64,000 nt of DNA from NCBI GenBank assembly GCA_017522105.1, contig JAFXAA010000030.1, positions 2,176 through 66,175 on the forward strand, written 5' to 3'. The position numbers and the translations under genes are program-made. Below, in pieces: positions 57,443 through 64,000 of this stretch (within the stretch, counting starts at the first letter, position 1; the number at the start of each line of letters is the position of its first letter). The notes beneath the pieces were generated by a model. That model saw only the letters and a list, made by a program, of their open reading frames with translations, ran no database searches and was not told the DNA's origin. The DNA comes from Bacteroidales bacterium (GTDB lineage Bacteria; Bacteroidota; Bacteroidia; Bacteroidales; P3).

Positions 57443-58240
57443 ATGAAAGAAACAATAGAAAAAGCCTGGGAAAACAGCGAGTTGCTGAAAGACAGGGCCG
57501 TGGTTGAAGCTATACGCGAGACCATCAACATGCTCGACAACGGCGAGCTGCGTGTCGCGCAGCGCGGCGACGACGGCAACTGGCACGTCAACCAGTGGGT
57601 CAAGCAGGCCATACTGCTATATTTCCGTGTCAGCGAGATGAAGATCACCTCCGCCGGCGACATGGAGTACAACGACAAGATACCGCTCAAGCACAACCTC
57701 GCCGCACGTGGCATAAGGGTCGTGCCACCCGCCGTAGCCCGTCATGGAGCCTACATAGCCCCCGGGGCCGTCCTCATGCCCTCCTACGTAAATATCGGAG
57801 CCTACGTGGACAGCGGCACCATGGTGGACACCTGGGCCACCGTTGGCAGCTGCGCCCAGATTGGCAAGAACGTGCACCTCAGCGGCGGTGTCGGCATAGG
57901 AGGAGTCCTTGAGCCCCTGCAGGCCAACCCCGTCATTATCGAGGACAACTGCTTCATAGGCAGCCGCTCCATCATAGTCGAGGGTGCCATCATAGAACAT
58001 GAGGCTGTCATTGGTGCAGGCACAGTTATCACCGCCTCCACACACATCATCGATGTCACTGGCGAACACCCCGTCACCTATAGCGGACGGGTGCCGGCAC
58101 GCAGCGTCGTAATACCAGGCACATACAACCGCCATTTCCCCGCAGGCGACTATGCCCTCCCCTGCGCATTGATAATTGGGCAACGTAAAGAATCCACCGA
58201 CCTCAAAACATCCCTCAATGAAGCACTGCGTCTCTTTTAG
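57443..58240 (+). CDS. dapD: 2,3,4,5-tetrahydropyridine-2,6-dicarboxylate N-succinyltransferase
   Basis: DapD-like N-terminus followed by left-handed beta-helix hexapeptide repeats (GAYVDSGTMVDTWATVGSCAQIGKNVHLSGGVGIGG). Confidence 0.9.
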   Translation: MKETIEKAWENSELLKDRAVVEAIRETINMLDNGELRVAQRGDDGNWHVNQWVKQAILLYFRVSEMKITSAGDMEYNDKIPLKHNLAARGIRVVPPAVARHGAYIAPGAVLMPSYVNIGAYVDSGTMVDTWATVGSCAQIGKNVHLSGGVGIGGVLEPLQANPVIIEDNCFIGSRSIIVEGAIIEHEAVIGAGTVITASTHIIDVTGEHPVTYSGRVPARSVVIPGTYNRHFPAGDYALPCALIIGQRKESTDLKTSLNEALRLF

Positions 58241-58595
58241 CCTGCTGGCCCTTTTTGTCCTCTCACTCGCCTCCTGCGCCAAGCACGACGAAATAACGTT
58301 CAGGGGCACCGTGGTGAACATAGAATACTGCGCCTCGCAAGACATACAGTCGAACGCAGGATTCTACACGGCACTGGAAATGCCCGAAGGCACCGGCGCC
58401 GACTTCACCATCGGCACAGAGACCTACCACAACGTCATCATACTCTACGAGCCTGGCATGCGCATACAGAACGGCAACCACATAAGCGGCAAGTTCTACC
58501 TCGACGACAAATACTCGCGTACCAACTGCACAATGCACATCCATGCCGACGACAACCTGCCCCAAGGAGTCTTCACAGAAGTGAGTGTTGATTAA
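58218..58595 (+). CDS. hypothetical lipoprotein
   Basis: The start is placed at MKHCVSFSLLALFVLSLAS|C (lipobox). It overlaps the dapD end by 23 nt. Confidence 0.65.
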   Translation: MKHCVSFSLLALFVLSLASCAKHDEITFRGTVVNIEYCASQDIQSNAGFYTALEMPEGTGADFTIGTETYHNVIILYEPGMRIQNGNHISGKFYLDDKYSRTNCTMHIHADDNLPQGVFTEVSVD

Positions 58596-58688
58596 AAAGT
58601 GAATAAATAGTGCCCGCAAAAGGGTCTTATTCCTTAAATAATTAGTAATTTTGCAAAATCAATGAAGAAACAAACAACAACAAACAAT

Positions 58689-59831
58689 ATGAAATTCATA
58701 GTCAATAGCCAGCAGTTGCTCAAACAGCTGCAGTCCCTGAGCGGTGTTCTGACCACCAACAACACCATGCCCATCATCAATTGCTTCCACCTTCACCTTG
58801 AGGAAGGCACCTTGACCATCAAGACCACCGACCTCTCAACCACCCTCGTAGCACGCATGGAAGTGGAGACCGGACGCATGGAGGTTGCCGAAGAGGTGGC
58901 CATCCCCTCCAAGATGCTCCTTGAGATATTGAAGAGCTTTGACGACGTGCCCGTGACCTTCAACGTCGACCAGCAAAGCCACGCCATAGAACTCAGCAGC
59001 GGAGAAGGCGAATACCACCTGGCAGGCATGGACGCCGAAATGTATCCCGCCATGCCCACCGCCGAAGGCACCAGCACTGTGGTCATGAGCTGCGACGCCC
59101 TCGTCAGCGCTATCAACAAGACATACTTCGCCACCAGCAACGACGAGATGCACCAGCAGATGAGCGGTATCTTCTGCGAGATGACCCCCGACGGTATCAC
59201 CTTCGTGGCCACCGATGCTCACAAGCTCGTCCGCTACCGTCGCAAAGACGTCACCACCCCCGACAGCACAAACTTCATCCTTCCCAAGAAACCCATCACC
59301 ATAGTCAAAAACATCCTCGCGGCACGCAAGGAAGGCGGCGATGTGACCATGGAATACAACAACACTAACCTCTTCATCACCTTCGACAACTTCTACATCG
59401 TCTGCCGCCTCGTCGATGGTCGCTATCCCAACTACGAAGCCGCCATCCCCAAGGACAACCCCAACAAGCTCATCCTCGACCGCCAGTCGTTTATCAACAC
59501 CCTGCGCCGCGTCAGCATCTTCGCCAGCGAAGCCACTCGCCAAGTGCGCCTCTCCATCAACGCCGACAAGGTGACCATCAGCGCCGAAGACCTCGAGTTC
59601 TCCAACAACGCCAAGGAGACCATCCCCTGCCAGTATGAGGGCAGCCCCATGGACATCGGCTTCAACGCCAAGTTCCTCACCGAGATGATCAGCAACCTCG
59701 ACTCCGAGCAGGTCATCATGGAAATGTCCCATCCCTCGCGCGCGGGTATCATCTTCCCTTATGGCGACGACGCCGAAGGCAAGCAGGATGACATCCTCAT
59801 GCTCGTTATGCCCGTAATGCTCGCCAACTGA
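58689..59831 (+). CDS. dnaN: DNA polymerase III beta sliding clamp
   Basis: MKFIVNSQQLLKQLQ... with a three-domain clamp length. C-terminus LMLVMPVMLAN. Confidence 0.9.
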   Translation: MKFIVNSQQLLKQLQSLSGVLTTNNTMPIINCFHLHLEEGTLTIKTTDLSTTLVARMEVETGRMEVAEEVAIPSKMLLEILKSFDDVPVTFNVDQQSHAIELSSGEGEYHLAGMDAEMYPAMPTAEGTSTVVMSCDALVSAINKTYFATSNDEMHQQMSGIFCEMTPDGITFVATDAHKLVRYRRKDVTTPDSTNFILPKKPITIVKNILAARKEGGDVTMEYNNTNLFITFDNFYIVCRLVDGRYPNYEAAIPKDNPNKLILDRQSFINTLRRVSIFASEATRQVRLSINADKVTISAEDLEFSNNAKETIPCQYEGSPMDIGFNAKFLTEMISNLDSEQVIMEMSHPSRAGIIFPYGDDAEGKQDDILMLVMPVMLAN

Positions 59832-60685
59832 TGAGCAAGAAAGTATCTCTCTGGGCCACCCATGGCGCCACCATTCTCGGCATCACCCTCGTGCTCTTCA
59901 TGCTGGGACTGTTGCTCTGCATAGAGTATCACTCCTACCGTATCACCCACGACGCACAGGAACGTATCACCTACAAGGTGGACCTCTCGCCCGATGTCAG
60001 CGACTCCCTCGCCCTTGCCGTCAAAAGCCGCATAGAGCAGCGCTCGTACATCAAGCACGTGGACTACATCTCCAAGGAGAAGGCCGCCGAGATCTTCACC
60101 GACGAACTCGGCGAGGACTTCGTGGGCTTCATAGGCTACAACCCCCTCTACCCTTCCCTTATGGTCAACTTCAACGTCTCGCTCTTGCCCGACAACAGCA
60201 GCGAGGTACTTGACCGCTTCTGCGAAGAAGTAGGCAAAGAGGAGGGTGTCACCGGCGTGGCCTACCAGGAAAACATCGTCAACGAGTTGCGCACAAGTTT
60301 CTACAAGCTCTCCTGGTTCCTCATAGCACTCATGCTCGTCCTCGTCCTCATCACCGTAGTCCTCATCGACGCCCTCATTCGCATAGCCCTCTATGCACAA
60401 CGCGAGACCATCCGCACCATGCGCATGGTAGGTGCAAATGTCAGCTTCATCAAACGGCCCTTCATCATTCGTAGCATCGCCTACGGAGCCCTCGGCGGCC
60501 TCATCGCTTCGCTGCTCACATTCATGGCCATCTGGGTGGCCGGCAACGAGTTCACGATAGACCTCACCTCGTCCACCCACTGGCCCTGGTACGGCCTCAT
60601 CGCAGTCGCCCTCATCATCGTGGGCATCATAATATCCTACCTCTCAACCGCCATCACAGTGCGCCGTTACATCGCCAAAAACTGA
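59831..60685 (+). CDS. ftsX: cell-division FtsX-like permease
   Basis: One TM, a periplasmic domain, then three TMs. FtsX-like C-terminal region. TGATG overlap with dnaN. Confidence 0.8.
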   Translation: MSKKVSLWATHGATILGITLVLFMLGLLLCIEYHSYRITHDAQERITYKVDLSPDVSDSLALAVKSRIEQRSYIKHVDYISKEKAAEIFTDELGEDFVGFIGYNPLYPSLMVNFNVSLLPDNSSEVLDRFCEEVGKEEGVTGVAYQENIVNELRTSFYKLSWFLIALMLVLVLITVVLIDALIRIALYAQRETIRTMRMVGANVSFIKRPFIIRSIAYGALGGLIASLLTFMAIWVAGNEFTIDLTSSTHWPWYGLIAVALIIVGIIISYLSTAITVRRYIAKN

Positions 60686-60698
60686 AAAAAACAACACA

Positions 60699-60944
60699 AT
60701 GGAAAATAACGAAGAAAAGAAAGACCTCCAGCTCCCCTTCGGCACCGTCAACTACATCCTCATGGGTGCCGGCATACTTCTCCTCGCCTTGGGCTACATA
60801 CTCCTCTCCGGCGGCGGCTCCGACGACCCCAACGTCTTCAACCCCGCCATGTTCAACAGCCGTCGTCTCGTCTGGGCTCCAATACTCATCGTCCTCGGCT
60901 TTGTCGTGGAGATTGTAGCCATCATGTACAAAAGCAAGAAGTAA
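60699..60944 (+). CDS. small two-TM membrane protein (DUF3098-like)
   Basis: 81 aa. It occupies the conserved Bacteroidetes position between ftsX and uppP. Confidence 0.7.
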   Translation: MENNEEKKDLQLPFGTVNYILMGAGILLLALGYILLSGGGSDDPNVFNPAMFNSRRLVWAPILIVLGFVVEIVAIMYKSKK

Positions 60945-60947
60945 TCC

Positions 60948-61754
60948 ATGGAATGGTTTGAAGCTCTTATCCTTGGCATCATCCAAGGCCTAACAGAATA
61001 CCTGCCGGTCAGCTCCAGCGGTCATCTGGCCATAGGCGCCAACCTCTTCGGCCTCAGCGGAGAAGAGAACCTCACCTTCACCGTTGCCGTCCATGTGGCC
61101 ACCGTGCTCAGCACCATCGTCATCCTTTGGCGTGAGATAGTGTGGCTTATCACTGACCTGTTCAAGTTCCGCTGGAACGAAGGCACCAAGTACATCGTCA
61201 ACATTATCATCTCCATGATACCTGTTGGCATCGTCGGTCTCTTCTTTAAGGACAAGGTGGAAGCTATTTTCGGCAGCGGACTCCTCGTGGTGGGCATCTG
61301 CCTGCTGGTCACTGCCACGCTGCTGGCCTTTAGCTACTGGGCCAAACCGCGCCAGCGTGAGACTATCTCGCCCCTGCACGCCTTCATCATCGGCCTTGCA
61401 CAGGCCCTCGCCGTGCTCCCCGGCCTCTCGCGCTCCGGCAGCACCATAGCCACTGGGCTTCTGCTGGGCAACAAGAAAGAGCGTCTCGCGCAGTTTTCAT
61501 TCCTCATGGTCATCCCCCCGATCCTCGGCGAAGCGCTGCTCGACGTCAAGGACATAGCCGAGATGGGCGTCAGCCAGGCAATGGCCGGCCTGCCGCCACT
61601 CTCACTCCTCGTGGGCTTCCTCGCCGCCTTCGTCTGCGGATGCATAGCATGCAAGTGGATGATCAACATCGTCAAGCGCGGCAAACTCATCTGGTTCGCT
61701 CTCTACTGCGCCATCGTCGGCACACTGACCATCGTCCTCCCCTACGTCCTCTGA
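60948..61754 (+). CDS. uppP: undecaprenyl-diphosphate phosphatase
   Basis: BacA motif [14 protein letters not shown] and [10 protein letters not shown]. Confidence 0.9.
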   Translation: MEWFEALILGIIQGLTEYLPVSSSGHLAIGANLFGLSGEENLTFTVAVHVATVLSTIVILWREIVWLITDLFKFRWNEGTKYIVNIIISMIPVGIVGLFFKDKVEAIFGSGLLVVGICLLVTATLLAFSYWAKPRQRETISPLHAFIIGLAQALAVLPGLSRSGSTIATGLLLGNKKERLAQFSFLMVIPPILGEALLDVKDIAEMGVSQAMAGLPPLSLLVGFLAAFVCGCIACKWMINIVKRGKLIWFALYCAIVGTLTIVLPYVL

Positions 61755-62647
61755 TGGTAACTGTAGAGCAGCTGCAGGCAGGCATCGTCCTCCCCATCGA
61801 CAAACCGCGGCAGTGGACCTCCTTCCAAGCCGTCAACAAGATAAAGGCCGTGGTGCGCAACACCTACGGCCAACGCGACGCAAGCGGCGCGAAGGCCGGC
61901 CCCAATGGCGGCCTTAAGAAATTCAAGATAGGCCATGCCGGCACCCTCGACCCCTTGGCTACAGGCCTCCTCCTCGTATGCCTCGGCAAGGCCACCAAGA
62001 CCATCCCAACCCTGCAGGACGGCGACAAGGTGTACACCGGCACCATGGTGCTTGGCGCCACAACGCCATGCTACGACCTTGAGCGCCCCATAGACCGCTA
62101 CTACCCCTACGAGCACATCACTCCCGAGCTCCTGCAGCAGACGCTGCCGCAGTTCACAGGCACCATCATGCAGGTGCCGCCAATGTTCAGCGCCGTGAAA
62201 ATCAGCGGCCAGAGGGCTTACGAGTATGCACGCCTCGACGACCCCACAGTCACCATCCAACCCAAGCCCGTCAACATCTACAGCTTCGAGATTACGGACT
62301 TCCGCCCGGGGAATGAAGAATCTGAATGTGTTAATGCGTCAATGCGTGAATGCGTTAGTACTGACGCGTCAGCCACTAACGCATTAACACATTCACACAA
62401 TAACACATTAAAAAAAGCCCACCATCTCTACGACAACCCGCTCGGCACCGTCCCCGCACACCTTCCGCAGGCCGACTTCCGCATCCATTGCGGCAAGGGC
62501 ACCTACATCCGCTCCCTCGCCCGCGACCTCGGTCTCGCCCTCGGCAGCGGCGCCTTCCTCTCGGCCCTCCGCCGCGAGCAGATAGGCTCCTACAACGTCG
62601 CCGACGCCCTCCGCCTCGACGAGGTGGAAGCCTACCTCACCAAATAA
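61754..62647 (+). CDS. truB: tRNA pseudouridine(55) synthase, carrying an in-frame palindromic insertion
   Basis: Catalytic motif GHAGTLDPLATG and the CGKGTYIRSLARDLG segment. The start is placed at MVTVEQL, overlapping the uppP stop (TGATG). Confidence 0.9.
   Translation: MVTVEQLQAGIVLPIDKPRQWTSFQAVNKIKAVVRNTYGQRDASGAKAGPNGGLKKFKIGHAGTLDPLATGLLLVCLGKATKTIPTLQDGDKVYTGTMVLGATTPCYDLERPIDRYYPYEHITPELLQQTLPQFTGTIMQVPPMFSAVKISGQRAYEYARLDDPTVTIQPKPVNIYSFEITDFRPGNEESECVNASMRECVSTDASATNALTHSHNNTLKKAHHLYDNPLGTVPAHLPQADFRIHCGKGTYIRSLARDLGLALGSGAFLSALRREQIGSYNVADALRLDEVEAYLTK
62311..62417. repeat. word-repeat palindromic element inside the truB coding sequence
   Basis: GAATGTGTTAATGCGT(CAATGCGTGAATGCGT)TAGTA-CTGACGCGTCAG-CCACTAACGCATTAACACATTC. 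It is locally AT-rich and has no stop codon in the truB frame. Confidence 0.8.
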
Positions 62648-62718
62648 ACCAATCTTCTCAACCTGTCAAAGAACTCTGCGTCGTCTCCCGCGAGGGAAGC
62701 GTCGCATATATAATATAA

Positions 62719-62746
62719 GGCCCCGTCATGCGACAGGGCCTTTTTT
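62719..62746 (+). terminator. rho-independent terminator after truB
   Basis: GGCCCCGTC-atgc-GACAGGGCC followed by T6. Confidence 0.75.
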
Positions 62747-62802
62747 AACTAAACTTTAACACTATAGTCAGCGTAAAGCTTTCAGTATCATATACAACAA
62801 TA

Positions 62803-64000
62803 TTACCTTATCACCACCACCTTGCGGGCGGGATAGGCGCCAATCTTAATCATATAGGTACCACTGACGGGTGCGTCGAAGTATAGTGGAGTGTAGTCGT
62901 CCTGCTTGGTGGCTAAAATACGCCCGTTCACGTCATAGAGCGTCACTCTGTTGCCGTCGGCGCCTTCCACGACTATCTGGCCTTGACTTGAATACACTTT
63001 GGCATTCAGTGCTTCGACGCCATTGATGGCTTCATGGGTTATATAAACCGTGTCGTGAATGATGACGGTGTCGTGCAGCCAGATGGTATCAAATTGCGTC
63101 AACCACAACGTGTCTGTAAGCGTCAACGTGTCGTATATGTAATTGTCTATGGTGTCATAAACGGTGTTGGTGATAGTGTCAAATTGTGTCACCGTCAGTG
63201 TGTCAACCACTATTGTCGTATCATGTACAGCGTAGGGCACGTCTATGTAGGTGGTGTCGTGTACTTCAATGTAAGTAGTGTCATGTACGGCATACGGTAT
63301 ATCGATGTAGGTGGTGTCGTGTACTTCAATGTAAGTAGTGTCATGTACGGCATACGGCACATCTATGTAGGTGGTGTCATGTACGTCTATGTAAGTGGTG
63401 TCATGTACGGCATACGGCACATCTATGTAGGTGGTGTCGTGTACGTCTATATATGTGGTGTCATGCACAGCGTATGGTATGTAGGTAGTATCATGCACAT
63501 TGATGTAGGTGGTGTCGTGTACGTCTATATATGTGGTGTCATGCACAGCGTATGGTATGTAGGTAGTATCATGCACATCGATGTAGGTGGTGTCGTGTAC
63601 ATCAACGTTAATAGTGTCATATAGCACCACTGTGTCTTGCCAAGGTTCGCCGTCGGCGACAAAGAAGGCTGTCAATGATAAATCCTGCAATACAGCAAAA
63701 GTGTAGGGGTTGTATGTAGATCCATTGCTCCAATGTGTGAAACTGTAACCGCTATATGGTGTTGCAGAAACTGTAATTGGTTGCCCATACTCTCTATTAC
63801 CGGCACCGCTGACTGAGCCGTGAGCCAAATTGTCGACTTGAACGTCAACTGCATGGACATCAATAGCGAAATAGGCAGTATATATTTTGTTGTCATCGAA
63901 CACAAAACGACGTGGATTTTCGGTATTGCCGTCATTCCATTGAATGAAGTGGTAGTGGGGTATTGGGATTGCAAAAATCAGTGACGTACTGTTGAGGTAC
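62803..64000 (-). CDS. T9SS type-A cargo protein with Listeria-Bacteroides-type repeats and an HDTTYI tandem-repeat stalk (5' end outside the window)
   Basis: The frame stays open upstream of the track start (a GTG at 63903) to the window edge (...HYHFIQWNDNGNTENPRRF...). C-terminus KVYSSQGQIVVEG...YDVNGRILA...GTYMIKI. Confidence 0.8.
   Translation of the reverse strand, partial: YLNSTSLIFAIPIPHYHFIQWNDGNTENPRRFVFDDNKIYTAYFAIDVHAVDVQVDNLAHGSVSGAGNREYGQPITVSATPYSGYSFTHWSNGSTYNPYTFAVLQDLSLTAFFVADGEPWQDTVVLYDTINVDVHDTTYIDVHDTTYIPYAVHDTTYIDVHDTTYINVHDTTYIPYAVHDTTYIDVHDTTYIDVPYAVHDTTYIDVHDTTYIDVPYAVHDTTYIEVHDTTYIDIPYAVHDTTYIEVHDTTYIDVPYAVHDTTIVVDTLTVTQFDTITNTVYDTIDNYIYDTLTLTDTLWLTQFDTIWLHDTVIIHDTVYITHEAINGVEALNAKVYSSQGQIVVEGADGNRVTLYDVNGRILATKQDDYTPLYFDAPVSGTYMIKIGAYPARKVVVIR
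63205..63612 (-). repeat. coding tandem repeat: 14 HDTT(Y/I)I units organised as near-identical 60-nt double units
   Basis: For example, 63241-63300 and 63301-63360 differ at only about 4 positions. The encoded unit is VHDTTYI(D/E)VHDTTYIDVPYA. Confidence 0.9.

Overview
The window looks like a high-GC Bacteroidales-type chromosome segment. Supporting signs are TAnnTTTG -7 promoter boxes, lipoprotein signal peptides, T9SS C-terminal sorting domains and little Shine-Dalgarno signal. All product calls come from motifs read by eye; no database search was run.

Most of the window is core metabolism and housekeeping:
- a Na+-pumping methylmalonyl-CoA decarboxylase operon
- nrdDG behind a cobalamin riboswitch
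- a second cobalamin riboswitch in front of a four-gene CoA-transferase/BtuF-like/acyltransferase/FKBP operon
- pruA, fabG, gap, mtgA, xerD
- rex followed by a [2Fe-2S] protein, sensory [FeFe]-hydrogenase, PP2C phosphatase and catalytic [FeFe]-hydrogenase cluster
- ppdK, pckA, gcvP, clpC, argS, dxs, priA, an SRP RNA abutting prfB, ftcD, dapD, dnaN and ftsX-DUF3098-uppP-truB
- five predicted T9SS cargo proteins

The least explained signal is non-coding. There are two families of ~110-130 bp near-perfect palindromes whose arms are tandem 11-nt words: family A has 2 copies and family B has 3. Both families share outer termini of the form TACGGAGYCCCTACGGC. Four of the five copies sit in divergent promoter regions rather than at gene 3' ends.

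A looser third set of word-repeat hairpins shares a GGCTGACGC centre. One of these is inserted in frame inside truB.

Other points worth a second look are the riboswitch-controlled CoA-transferase operon, which is compositionally distinct from its neighbours; the tandem P-domain/T9SS type-B paralogs with a 105-aa alternating super-repeat; a protein with 14 HDTTYI repeats; a Cys-rich lipoprotein inside the mmd operon; and near-leaderless promoter/start arrangements. No CRISPR array, rRNA, tRNA, transposase or recognisable defence genes were seen.
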